Source: an uncultured Pseudomonadota bacterium (GTDB taxonomy: Bacteria; Bdellovibrionota_B; Oligoflexia; Oligoflexales; CAIYRB01). From it: 64,000 nucleotides of DNA. Numbering within the stretch: the first letter of the stretch is position 1; the number at the start of each line of letters is the position of its first letter. The stretch lies in NCBI GenBank assembly GCA_903928445.1, contig CAIYRB010000076.1, positions 3,893 to 67,892 on the forward strand. The letters run 5' to 3'. Below the pieces are notes generated by a model, which saw only the letters and a program-made list of their open reading frames with translations, made no database searches and was not told the DNA's origin. Positions 20,632-31,727 of this stretch are shown piece by piece. The position numbers were made by a program, and so were the translations under genes.

Positions 20632-23229
20632 ATGCCCACGAGCGACGATGGTAGGTCGAAAGCCGAAGGGGAGCACTCTGTCGCGCCCGCCGAGCAGTTG
20701 GCGCGTCTGTATCGGAGCAGTCTGGGCGAGGGCCTAACGGCCTCGACTCGGGCCCTGCTCAAGAGGCTGCTTCTGGAAGAGTTGCAGGCGACGCCTTCAG
20801 TGGTCACACCGCCTAGTGCAGAGGCGGTGCGTCCGCCGCCGCCCATGGCGCCATCCGTGGCGGCGGCAGAGGCGCAACGAGGTAGAGCCGAAACCGTGGT
20901 GCATCCCCTGTTGGTACCCCCAGTCCCAAGCAGTGAGCAGCTCGACATGCGACTGCGGCAGCTGGTCGACGCCGATGCACCTTGGTCCGCACTCGAGCCC
21001 GTGGCTATGGCTCTGTACAAGAAGCGGCGCGACGCTGAGGCCGCAGCACGGGTGCTCGAATTGGCATTTTTGAGCGCCACGGCGCCGCAGTTAGTCGAGC
21101 TGATCGCTCGGTTCAAGGGTGAGAATCCGGGATTCTACCAGGCCTTGCACCCGCCCGTGCGCGTCCACCTGCTGCTGCGGTTGTGGCTCGAAGGGTGCGC
21201 CGATGTACTGGTCAGCGTGGTCTACCGACAGCGCGAGGCCGGCTTTCTGCAGCCGCTTGAGCGGCTTTTTGTCTTCTTGGCGATGGCTGAGGCAAAGGAC
21301 GCCACGTCCCCATTTATGTATGGCCAGCGCTTTTTTGCCGAGTTGCTGCAGGCAGCTCAGGAATATGGTGAGCGTTTGGGTTTAGTTCCTAGTCAACTAC
21401 GTCTGCGCCTTGGTCAGCTGGCCCTGGACCTTGGTTACCATGCTGAGGCGATACAGATCCTCGAGCCGATCGCGCCGACGGCCGCCGAGCGTGATGAGGC
21501 GCTGCGTTTGCTGCTGCAAACCTCTGCCGATCAGCATAAAGTCGGACGCGGAAGCTTGACCGAGAGGATCATGGTCGAACCAAATTCATTGGTTCGTCTG
21601 AATATCCTCGGGCAAATGCTGCAGCAGACGCGAGAGCTCGGCGGCTTTAAAGATCGCAACCGACCGGCATTGAATGAGCTGCTGGCTGATCCGCTGGCCT
21701 GGCTAAACGAAGATCCTGATATCTGGGGAGCCTTGTCCGACCTGTTGACGGCGCATCGAGATTTGGCGCCGCTGTTGCCGCAGCTGCTCCAGGTGTTTCG
21801 TACCAATGCGACGAAGTTTCACTCGCCTGCTCTGGATACAGCCCTTTGGCAGGGGCCTCTGAGCGGAAGCATAGCGACGGAAGAGGGCGGGTATTGGCGT
21901 GGTGTGGCCTTACTGCATCACTATGTGAGCTCTGGCGCAGTCGCCGAAGCGGAGCTCTGGCAGGCGTTTAACCTGTTGACACAGGCCCAGAGCAGATTGG
22001 CGTCGGCGCTTCCGGTGACTTGGAAAGACCTGCATAAATCTAGCTGCAGCTGGGTGGCGAAGAGCCACTACATCCTGGAGGTGGAACGCTCCCGGATGCT
22101 GCGACAGTTGCGCGTTGCTGCAGCGGAAGGGACGGTGACCCTCGCCGATCTTGAGGATTACGTCGCCCATGAGGGTACGGCTCCGGTAACGGCGCTGGCA
22201 TCTTTGCAGACTATGGCTGAAGCTAAACAGGCGCCGGCGTTGGCGAGTCGATTGTTGCTGCGTCGGGCGCAGCAGACGCATTTGACCAATGCCGACGTCA
22301 ATCGGATTTGGCAGTTCGCCAATGAGCGGCAGGACCCCGACTTGGCCTGGCGAGCGGCGACCGTGCTGCAGGCACGCCAGGGACTGGGCGCGAACGTCAG
22401 GCATGCCTGGGAGATCAGTGGTGAAAAGCGTGCCGAGTATGGCTTTTTTGCTGCAAGGCGGGCGATGCTAGAGCACTGTCTGGCTGGGTTCAGTCCAGCG
22501 GCGGCCAGGTTGGCCCATGCCTGCGTCCAAGTCGGAGGATTGTTGCCGGAGCTGTTAGCTATTCTGGATCCGGGTGCGACGACGATGAGACACGCGGCTT
22601 CGCCACCCGCCAGCATCGAGGCCAGGGTTGATAAGGCTCTGCAGGATATGGACTGGCTGCCGGTGGCGAAAAGGCGCTACCGCTTTAGCTTTGAATCCGC
22701 CCTGGGCGGCTCGGCCTTGCCGTCTTTTATGCATGTGCTGCCAGGAAACGCCTGGAGCTTGCTGACCGTGCGCCTAGCCGAGCGCCTTGGCATCAACTCG
22801 TGGGGGTGGCGCCTTAGCCGTCTTCATGCCCAGATCATCGATCTGATTCCGCGCTTAGCGAGCCGCCAGGATCTGCGGCGGCATTCGGGACGGGTCGCCA
22901 ACTGGCTCAAAGACCTGCAGCCAGAGCAGCGCGCCGCTTGGCAGGATTTGGCTGCATTGTCGCGAAGCCTGGACGATCAGGAGGCGGCATTGACGCTGGC
23001 GGCATTTATTTGCCGCTTGGCCACGACGATTCTCCAGAATCACTACTGTGCCTTGACCTCACTGCAGACCATGCGTGCACCGGTCGGCTTGATTTGGGAC
23101 CTCGAGATCTGGCTCCTAGGCGACGACTACGGCAAGATTCGCTCCGTCAGCGGCAGCCAACATCGAGTCCTGGTACCAAGTATCTTGCAGCGCTTGCCGA
23201 CCATCGTCGGGCCCACGGCAGGAGGCTGA
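20632..23229 (+). CDS. large alpha-helical hypothetical protein (TPR-like segments)
   Basis: 865-aa Leu/Ala-rich ORF; no catalytic motif recognised. Confidence 0.7.
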   Translation: MPTSDDGRSKAEGEHSVAPAEQLARLYRSSLGEGLTASTRALLKRLLLEELQATPSVVTPPSAEAVRPPPPMAPSVAAAEAQRGRAETVVHPLLVPPVPSSEQLDMRLRQLVDADAPWSALEPVAMALYKKRRDAEAAARVLELAFLSATAPQLVELIARFKGENPGFYQALHPPVRVHLLLRLWLEGCADVLVSVVYRQREAGFLQPLERLFVFLAMAEAKDATSPFMYGQRFFAELLQAAQEYGERLGLVPSQLRLRLGQLALDLGYHAEAIQILEPIAPTAAERDEALRLLLQTSADQHKVGRGSLTERIMVEPNSLVRLNILGQMLQQTRELGGFKDRNRPALNELLADPLAWLNEDPDIWGALSDLLTAHRDLAPLLPQLLQVFRTNATKFHSPALDTALWQGPLSGSIATEEGGYWRGVALLHHYVSSGAVAEAELWQAFNLLTQAQSRLASALPVTWKDLHKSSCSWVAKSHYILEVERSRMLRQLRVAAAEGTVTLADLEDYVAHEGTAPVTALASLQTMAEAKQAPALASRLLLRRAQQTHLTNADVNRIWQFANERQDPDLAWRAATVLQARQGLGANVRHAWEISGEKRAEYGFFAARRAMLEHCLAGFSPAAARLAHACVQVGGLLPELLAILDPGATTMRHAASPPASIEARVDKALQDMDWLPVAKRRYRFSFESALGGSALPSFMHVLPGNAWSLLTVRLAERLGINSWGWRLSRLHAQIIDLIPRLASRQDLRRHSGRVANWLKDLQPEQRAAWQDLAALSRSLDDQEAALTLAAFICRLATTILQNHYCALTSLQTMRAPVGLIWDLEIWLLGDDYGKIRSVSGSQHRVLVPSILQRLPTIVGPTAGG

Positions 23230-23240
23230 GAGCAGAGGGG

Positions 23241-25691
23241 CTATGCCGCCGCTGGTGGCCTCAAGCCGGACTTTGTGAATTGATGCTTCGGGAGGACAAA
23301 GACAAAGCAGGTGTGACCTGTGGATGAATCGTAGTAAAGGGTACCGCAATGCGATTCGACAATCCCGCGAGAGATGCTTAAACCAAGGCCGGTGCCCTGG
23401 CCAACTGCCTTGGTGGTAAAGAATGGATTCAGCATTTTTTGGGCGATGCCGTCAGCGATGCCTTTGCCGCTATCAGTTACCGCAAAAAGCACCGCATCGC
23501 CAAGGTCGCGTAGGTCCAGGCGAACCCATTTATCAGTCAGCGCTTGCACGGCGTCGTAGGCATTGTTGAGAAGATTGACCAGGACCTGTGAGATCTCCAC
23601 GGCGCGGCATTCGATGGTGGCATCGATACTGGCGTTGGGTAGTTCTAGGCGCACGCCGTTGCTGAGAAAGCGCTCCTGGCATAGCTCTAGGGTGTCCGCG
23701 ATCACCGTCTGGACCATGACCTGCTCAAACGGGTCCTGTGATGCCTCTCGAGCGAAGGTTTTTAAGCCGCGAACGATCTTGGCGATGCGTTCGGTCATAG
23801 CAACGATTTTTTCCGCATAGCGCTTGACTTCATCTTGGTCAGGGTTTGGCCTACTGATAGCTGCGGTCAAGCGGTTGGCAAAACCCATGATCACAGTGAG
23901 CGGGTTGTTGATCTCGTGGGCAACGCCGCCGGACATTTCACCAAGCATGGACATTTTTGAGGCGTGGACTAGTTGCGTTTGCTGCATTTGAATCAGCTGT
24001 TCATTGGCCTTTCTCTCGCGTATATCCTCGACAACGCCCAGTACTAAAAGCGGCACACCTTTGGCATCGAACACAGGAATCCGTATGGTATGCGTTGGGA
24101 TATCACCAGAGAGCGTCGGCAAGAGCTCTTCGGGTGCATCGAATAAGGTGCGGTTGGTGATGACTTGACTATCGATCTGGCGCTGCATGTCTGCCTCTTT
24201 AGACAGGTAAACATCCGTGTCGGTATGATTGATCAGCGACTGCCGTCGCCGACCGGTCATGCTTTCCATGCGGCTGTTCCACATGACGTAGCGATAGTTG
24301 GAGGCGATGTCCTTGGCGTAGATTCCATGCGGGATATGGTCGAGAATTTGCCCTAACAGGTCTTTTTGCTCGGTCAGGTCGCGCTCGGAGCGCTTGCGGT
24401 CGGTGATGTCCAAGCCTATCAACACCGCCTCTTTCCCATCTCGATATTTTTTGGCGGAGAGCAGCACATAGCGTTCCACCACAGAAGCGTCTGAGATCAT
24501 CACCTCCCGACTAAGGCCCGATTCGTTGGTCGCAAATACCTCGCGCATAAATTCGGCGACCGGATCAACGGTGGTCGTGCTCATGAACCCCATCGTTTTG
24601 CCGATAAACTCCTCTGGCGGTAGCTTAAAACTATCGGCAAGCGCACGGTTCACGCCACCGTAATGCAGCTGTGAATCGGTCCAGGAGACGAACCCAGGGA
24701 TGGCATCGATCACGGCGCGAGTGTAGGCTTCGCGGGCGATTAGTTCATCGCTAAGATGTCTTTCGCTGGTGGTGTCCTGCATTGAGCCGATCAGCCGGGT
24801 GATGATGCCCTCCTCGACCCGAGCACTGCAGGTGATCCGCACCCAGATGCGTCGACCCATGGCGGTGTCGAGTGGAACTTCAAGTTGAAATGGGACGCCG
24901 CCTTCGCTGGCGCTGCGGATCGCCGATTTGACGAGATAACGTGCCTCGGCCGCAATGAAGCCTAGGGCATCCTCGAATGTAATGCGGCTACCCTTGGCGA
25001 CCTCATGAATGGCATAGGTTTGATCACTCCACCACAAAGATTGGGTGGCGATGGCAAAACTCCAGCCGCCCATCTTGCCGACTTTTTGCACCTCGCCAAG
25101 AATCATGCGATTGACCTCCTGCTCACGCAGACGCGACTTCAGGCTTTTAAGCAGAAGGTGCTTGTCGCGAAAGGCCGCGCCAGCCATGACCATGGTGCAG
25201 CAGTTGGCGGCGATAAACAGGAATTTTGGAACCTGCGGGTTCTTGCCTCCGACGAACAAGGATATGGCTACGACAAAGGCGAGATAGCTAAGCATCAATT
25301 CCTGTGATTCGAACGCCAAAGCGACGCCAAATGCAGCGACGATATAGCCAATCGCCGAGCCACTGCTCAAATTGTTGGCGTATACATCTTGCCCAAGCAC
25401 TAAGACGATGATTAAGGCTAGGCCAAAAGCTAGGCGCTCAATATGGCGGTAAGTAAAGAAGGGTCGGTGGGATAGTCCAAGGATACCTAAGGCAATGACG
25501 CTGATGATGAGGCGGGGAGTGAGAAAGTAAGTTGCGGTTGGCAGCGCCGCAATGAGCACCAAAATCCAACCGGGAAACATCACCGCCGCGGCAAGCAATA
25601 AGATGCGAAGGCGTTGCATCGAGTCACTGGAGGTTGGCTCCAGCGCGGAGGCACGCTGCTTTGACAGATGGCTTGGGATGCGACTACTCAC
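23241..25691 (-). CDS. membrane-bound PAS-domain sensor histidine kinase
   Basis: N-terminal TM bundle, three PAS-like domains, H-box GVAHEINNPL, N-box NLLNNAYDA, DSGKG, FFTTK, GTGLGL. Confidence 0.93.
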   Translation of the reverse strand: MSSRIPSHLSKQRASALEPTSSDSMQRLRILLLAAAVMFPGWILVLIAALPTATYFLTPRLIISVIALGILGLSHRPFFTYRHIERLAFGLALIIVLVLGQDVYANNLSSGSAIGYIVAAFGVALAFESQELMLSYLAFVVAISLFVGGKNPQVPKFLFIAANCCTMVMAGAAFRDKHLLLKSLKSRLREQEVNRMILGEVQKVGKMGGWSFAIATQSLWWSDQTYAIHEVAKGSRITFEDALGFIAAEARYLVKSAIRSASEGGVPFQLEVPLDTAMGRRIWVRITCSARVEEGIITRLIGSMQDTTSERHLSDELIAREAYTRAVIDAIPGFVSWTDSQLHYGGVNRALADSFKLPPEEFIGKTMGFMSTTTVDPVAEFMREVFATNESGLSREVMISDASVVERYVLLSAKKYRDGKEAVLIGLDITDRKRSERDLTEQKDLLGQILDHIPHGIYAKDIASNYRYVMWNSRMESMTGRRRQSLINHTDTDVYLSKEADMQRQIDSQVITNRTLFDAPEELLPTLSGDIPTHTIRIPVFDAKGVPLLVLGVVEDIRERKANEQLIQMQQTQLVHASKMSMLGEMSGGVAHEINNPLTVIMGFANRLTAAISRPNPDQDEVKRYAEKIVAMTERIAKIVRGLKTFAREASQDPFEQVMVQTVIADTLELCQERFLSNGVRLELPNASIDATIECRAVEISQVLVNLLNNAYDAVQALTDKWVRLDLRDLGDAVLFAVTDSGKGIADGIAQKMLNPFFTTKAVGQGTGLGLSISRGIVESHCGTLYYDSSTGHTCFVFVLPKHQFTKSGLRPPAAA

Positions 25692-25719
25692 CGCTGCTCC
25701 TAGAGATCCTTACCTAGGG

Positions 25720-25746
25720 CTATCGGCGATCTTTATTCGTTCTTGA
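25720..25746 (-). promoter_or_regulatory. putative sigma28 (FliA)-type promoter of the histidine kinase
   Basis: Minus strand TCAA-N15-GCCGATAG, about 30 nt upstream of start 25691. Confidence 0.5.
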
Positions 25747-25824
25747 GCGTCGAAGAATAGGACCACAATAATCATTGGGTTTTTGGGCTGGTTTGGCTCG
25801 ACGGACAAGGGGGGCGTGGCGAGT

Positions 25825-26526
25825 TTATAGCAGTAAGCGGAGGCCCAGACTTAACCAAGCCTCAGGGCTCAGGCCACCTTTCGCCATGAAGGGACCTAAG
25901 GCGAGGGCAAAGCCGCCATAAAACGTAAACGGGTCGCGCAGCATCGTGTATTGCACCCCAACCGGAACGCGAATCCATGCCCCACCTTGAATGCCGAGGC
26001 CGCCACCGAAGTACAGCAGCAGCTGGCCGCGGAGGGCGTTATAGTCACCGTTTGGCTTGAGCTGCAGCAGGTGAAACTGATCGCTGGCGAAGAAGATATA
26101 ATCGCCGCTGACTCCCAGGCTACCACTTTCGATGCCGAGATTGAGGTTTAAGGCGCCGCCTCCCGGCACGCCCAATCGCTGCAGGCTGAGGCCGGTGCCG
26201 CCGTAGTTTCCGACCTGCGCGCCGAGACTCCAGACCGGAGCAGGCGTTAGCAGCCCGGCGGTGCTGCCTCTGCTTGCAGTCAGCGAAGAACCTGCAGCCG
26301 CCTGCAGAGGGCCGGCAAGGAGCAGCAGCCCCAAGGCTAACAGAGGGGTGAGTAGTGCCTTAGGGTGAACTGGCCAGAGACTTAAGCGCTGCGGCTTTAG
26401 CGAATGATTTGGTTTCTTTCGTACTGTCTCGCTCGAGCTTGCCACGGTTTGTACTCCCATTCCTCGGATGGCGGAATGAGAGCGATCATAAGACCCACCG
26501 CTGCGATTGGCAAACCCGTAAGCCAC
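25825..26526 (-). CDS. small outer-membrane beta-barrel-like protein (true start probably downstream of 26526)
   Basis: Signal-like LLTPLLALGLLLLAGPLQA followed by alternating beta strands (WSLGAQVG, LYFGGGLG, IRVPVGVQY, LSLGLRLLL). Confidence 0.55.
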   Translation of the reverse strand: MAYGFANRSGGSYDRSHSAIRGMGVQTVASSSETVRKKPNHSLKPQRLSLWPVHPKALLTPLLALGLLLLAGPLQAAAGSSLTASRGSTAGLLTPAPVWSLGAQVGNYGGTGLSLQRLGVPGGGALNLNLGIESGSLGVSGDYIFFASDQFHLLQLKPNGDYNALRGQLLLYFGGGLGIQGGAWIRVPVGVQYTMLRDPFTFYGGFALALGPFMAKGGLSPEAWLSLGLRLLL

Positions 26527-26753
26527 CAGACGCGATCTTTACGGTAGTCGCGGGCGATCAGGATGGCAAACGTGATAAAACTCATGGCCACGGCGAAGAT
26601 GACCTGCTGGCGCCGTAGTTTGAGGATGCTCAACTTAACATAAAATTGCTCGCTATCGACAACGGTCGCCGTTTTGTTCGTAGCAGCGGCGGTATTCGCA
26701 TCGCTGTCTAGCTTCATCTGCTTTAGAAGTTCGGCCGCTGAGGTAGTGCTCAC
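26397..26753 (-). CDS. small two-TM hypothetical membrane protein
   Basis: Two hydrophobic helices; GTGA overlap with the upstream gene. Confidence 0.65.
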   Translation of the reverse strand: MSTTSAAELLKQMKLDSDANTAAATNKTATVVDSEQFYVKLSILKLRRQQVIFAVAMSFITFAILIARDYRKDRVWWLTGLPIAAVGLMIALIPPSEEWEYKPWQARARQYERNQIIR

Positions 26754-27178
26754 TTGTGACTCTCCTGTGGTCTGTTGGGGTCGCGAGGTGACTTGGCTGA
26801 ATCGGTCGCCGCTTGGATGACGATTCGGTCATTGTGCATCGGCCGCAGGTACCAGCGCAGCCCCGCGAGGACGAGTAGCAGCAGACTGGCCCAAACCTGG
26901 GTCCTGGTGAATTCGCCGCTGGGCCTAAGCCGCGACGGCAGCGCGATGACCAAGGTGACACCCGAGGCCATCATGAAGAACATATAGGTCATGCCGGCTT
27001 GGTGGTCGCGCCGATCGATCATCAGCAGGGAGACCTGCAAGATGAACAACCAAAGGAGCCCGCCAAACAGCATCATCCAATCGGCCGGGCCGATGTCGCC
27101 AAAGGCCTTGAGCACTTCGCTAAGGCTCGGCAGCAGGTCGTGCTGGCCGTCAAAGGCGGTATCGTCGAATAGTCCCAT
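26750..27178 (-). CDS. three-TM hypothetical membrane protein
   Basis: Three hydrophobic helices; AGGAG RBS upstream. Confidence 0.65.
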   Translation of the reverse strand: MGLFDDTAFDGQHDLLPSLSEVLKAFGDIGPADWMMLFGGLLWLFILQVSLLMIDRRDHQAGMTYMFFMMASGVTLVIALPSRLRPSGEFTRTQVWASLLLLVLAGLRWYLRPMHNDRIVIQAATDSAKSPRDPNRPQESHK

Positions 27179-27306
27179 GGGCGTCTCCTCTACACCCTCT
27201 TCGGCAGAACCCCGGGCGACCTAAATAGGCAAGTTTTTCCCTGCTCGAATCCTCGAACTAGACTATTCTTGAGGAAGTCTAAGGCGCGTAACGACGAGGG
27301 TGGCCC

Positions 27307-28347
27307 GTGAACAGTCCGAGGCGAGGGTGGAAGGTGGCGGCATGGTGCTTGGCGAGCCTGCTCGGCGCTGGGCTTCGTCCAGCGGGGGTCTGGGCGGCTG
27401 AGGGTTTGACCTACGGCAGCTTGAAGTTCGAGGAGAATGATTTTGATTTTGGCGAGGTGTTTCGCGGTAGCGAGCAGTCCCATCGCTTCAAGTTCACCAA
27501 CCTAGGTCCAGGGCCACTGACGATTCAGGGGGTGCATGCTGCCTGTGGCTGTACAGTCGCTCAGGTCGAGAAGGGTCGAACCTACCAACCCGGTGAGGGC
27601 GGCCAGGTCGATATTCGCCTCGACACGACCAATTTCGCCGGTCCGCTGGTGAAGACGGTCACGGTGATGAGCAATGAGGCTCTTCTACCAGACCGTACCT
27701 TGACGCTTAAGGCGCGCATCAAGAGCGAGGTTGAAGCCATCCCGCCGCTGTTTGATTTCGGTGATGTACGTCCGGCTTCGGGTGCTACCCGCACGGTGCG
27801 GATTCGCGCCGTGACGGCGCCAAAACTGGTGGTCGAGGACCTCGTTTATAATAAGGAGTTGTTTGCAGCCGAGCTGGTCCAAGAGAAGGATGATTGGCTG
27901 ATCACGTTGAAGTTGAGGCCAAAGGTTGCGCCGGGCTTCTTAAAGGAACAGGTCAGCGTGCGCAACTCTTCCCTCCACCTGCGGTCCCTGCCGCTGCCGG
28001 TGCGGGCCAACGTCTTGGGGAATATCGACTTTAAACCCGATTACCTGGAGTTTGGCGCGATCGGTCAGGGGGAGGTCGCGAAGCGCTCGGTCACCCTTCG
28101 CGGTACTCTACCCTTTGAACTGACCGGCTCGCGCGTGGACCTCTTGATCAATGGCACGCGCTTGGCTGATTCAGCGCCGCTTATCAAGGTTGAGACGACG
28201 CGTAAGGGTAAAGATGAACAGATCGTGGCGATCGACTTAAAGAACACGGCTAAAACCGTCGGCAGTGTCCACGGCAAGGTCTATCTGCAGACGACCGACC
28301 CCACGCAGCGCGAGATTCTTTTCGATTTTTACGCATTTTTTCGCTAG
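27307..28347 (+). CDS. DUF1573-type Ig-like repeat exported protein
   Basis: Signal peptide, FDFGEV...FKFTNLG..PLTI..V.AACGCT, repeated DFG Ig-like modules. Confidence 0.85.
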   Translation: MNSPRRGWKVAAWCLASLLGAGLRPAGVWAAEGLTYGSLKFEENDFDFGEVFRGSEQSHRFKFTNLGPGPLTIQGVHAACGCTVAQVEKGRTYQPGEGGQVDIRLDTTNFAGPLVKTVTVMSNEALLPDRTLTLKARIKSEVEAIPPLFDFGDVRPASGATRTVRIRAVTAPKLVVEDLVYNKELFAAELVQEKDDWLITLKLRPKVAPGFLKEQVSVRNSSLHLRSLPLPVRANVLGNIDFKPDYLEFGAIGQGEVAKRSVTLRGTLPFELTGSRVDLLINGTRLADSAPLIKVETTRKGKDEQIVAIDLKNTAKTVGSVHGKVYLQTTDPTQREILFDFYAFFR

Positions 28348-28377
28348 ATTGTGGCTGGAGCCGCGAGGAGGACAGAG

Positions 28378-28509
28378 ATGGTACAGGTGGATTTTTTGGT
28401 CGGTTATGTTGCCTTTGGCATCGTCTTTTTGCTCGGCGTAGGCGGCTACTGGATAGCGACCATGCCGTTTACCGATCTAAGGCGCACTTACGGGCGCGGT
28501 CAGCCGTAG
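28378..28509 (+). CDS. 43-aa single-TM small protein
   Basis: GAGGAGGA RBS 4-5 nt before ATG; MVQVDFLVGYVAFGIVFLLGVGGYWIATMPFTDLRRTYGRGQP fills the gap exactly to the miaB stop. Confidence 0.6.
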   Translation: MVQVDFLVGYVAFGIVFLLGVGGYWIATMPFTDLRRTYGRGQP

Positions 28510-28510
28510 C

Positions 28511-29905
28511 TCAGTCAACGAGGTCGCCAATGAGCCCGACCTTGTTGCCGCTACTGATGCGCACCTGATGCACTTGGCCGGTCAAGGGATAAGCCGAGGT
28601 GACGCGCACCAGTCGGAAGTGGTCGGTGCGGCCATAGTATTGGCCAGGATTCTTGCTGCTTTCGTAATGAAACAGGACCGGCCGGACTAGACCGATCTCG
28701 GCAGCGTGGATCTCCGTGGTGATGCGGTCTTGAAGCCGCATCAGCTGGGCGAGCCGGTCTTCCTTGACCTTCTCTTCGACTTGGTTGGCGTAGCGTGCCG
28801 CCGGGGTGTTTTTGCGCGGGGAATATTTGAACATAAAGGCGAAGCCAAAGCGCACTTGTTCGACCAGGCGCATGGTGTCGGCAAATTCGGCATCGGTCTC
28901 GCCCGGAAAACCAACGATCAAGTCGGTAGACAAGGCGATGTCTGGCAGGGCGCGCCGTAGCCAGTCGATGCGTTCCAGGTACGACGCGACGGTGACTTTA
29001 CGCTGCATGCGCAGCAGCATGGAGTCGCTCCCGCTTTGCACCGGGAGGTGCAAGTACCTTCCCAAACGCGGCTGGGTCGCGAATAGCTCCGCTAGCTCCT
29101 CGGTGAAGTCGTGTGGATTTGAAGTGGTGAAGCGCAAACGCTCCAGTCCAGGCAACGCGGCCACCGAGCGCAGCAGGCTAGCAAAAGACGGCTTGGTGGT
29201 GAGGTCCGAGCCGTAGCTGTTGACGTTTTGTCCAAGCAGGGTGAGCTCGCGGGCACCTGCAGCGACCAGGGCTGCGCTTTCGGCAAGAATCTCCGCAGCA
29301 GGTCGCGACAGCTCGCGGCCACGGGTGAAGGGCACCACGCAGAAGGTGCAGTAGTTGTTGCAACCCTGCTGGATGTTGACGTAGCGCGATACTTCATGCT
29401 TGCCGGTGAGGGTTGGCGGTGCGACTGCTGGCGCCGCCTCAAGGTTGGGTGTTGGATCTGGTGCGTGCCGGTGGAACCCAATCGCCTGGGCGCGCTTGCC
29501 GCTGGCGTCATGCTCCCTGAGTAGGCGAGGCAGCTCGTCGATCTTGCCTGGACCAAGCAGGACGTCGATCTGGGGCGCCGCCTTTAGCAGCCGCGAGCCT
29601 TCGGCCTGCGCCACGCAACCAGCGACGGCGATGGTCATGCCAGGCCGACGCTCTTTGATCTCTTTAAGCACACCAAGACGACTTAGCACCTTGTGCTTGG
29701 CCTTTTCGCGGATATGGCAGGTGTTGAGCAAGACCAGATCGGCGCTTTCGGCATTGGGTGCGAGCTGGTAGCTCTGGGCGGCAAGAAGCGCCAGCATGCG
29801 CTCGCTGTCGGCGGCGTTCATCTGACAGCCCCAGGTTTCGATATGGACCATCTTCGCTGCGGGAGCAGGGATGGTCGTGCTAAGGCTGATGTCGGACTCG
29901 ATCAC
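28511..29905 (-). CDS. miaB: tRNA-2-methylthio-N6-dimethylallyladenosine synthase MiaB
   Basis: TWGCQMN, NTCHIRE, GCVAQ, CNNYCTFC, HLPVQSGS, IVGFPGET, C-terminal TRAM domain. Confidence 0.95.
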   Translation of the reverse strand: MIESDISLSTTIPAPAAKMVHIETWGCQMNAADSERMLALLAAQSYQLAPNAESADLVLLNTCHIREKAKHKVLSRLGVLKEIKERRPGMTIAVAGCVAQAEGSRLLKAAPQIDVLLGPGKIDELPRLLREHDASGKRAQAIGFHRHAPDPTPNLEAAPAVAPPTLTGKHEVSRYVNIQQGCNNYCTFCVVPFTRGRELSRPAAEILAESAALVAAGARELTLLGQNVNSYGSDLTTKPSFASLLRSVAALPGLERLRFTTSNPHDFTEELAELFATQPRLGRYLHLPVQSGSDSMLLRMQRKVTVASYLERIDWLRRALPDIALSTDLIVGFPGETDAEFADTMRLVEQVRFGFAFMFKYSPRKNTPAARYANQVEEKVKEDRLAQLMRLQDRITTEIHAAEIGLVRPVLFHYESSKNPGQYYGRTDHFRLVRVTSAYPLTGQVHQVRISSGNKVGLIGDLVD

Positions 29906-29947
29906 GTCGTTTTTACCTGTTGCTACTTGCCTGTGGTGCCGTGGTGT

Positions 29948-31483
<1,536 letters not shown>

Positions 31484-31727
31484 ATTGCACTCCAGGAACC
31501 GAAGATCATTGGGTCGCTAAGCGTATATCTTTTGAGGGGGCCTTAGTCAAACTCAGCGGCGGTTGTTGTGGGTCGCCCGTTCAGATATAAATAATCGTCA
31601 TATTAGGTAGATAGGTCGTGGAGTCAGGGTGCCGGACCGAGCCGGTCGCGGGGTGCGGTCGTTTTGTCAGTAAACGCGGTACTATAACAGGACCGATTCG
31701 AGCGTTTTCAGCACACAGGAGGACCCC

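Noticed and set aside
31484-31727. SRP RNA (ffs) next to ffh
   Set aside because: No SRP domain IV motif (CAGG...GGAA...AGCA) found on either strand
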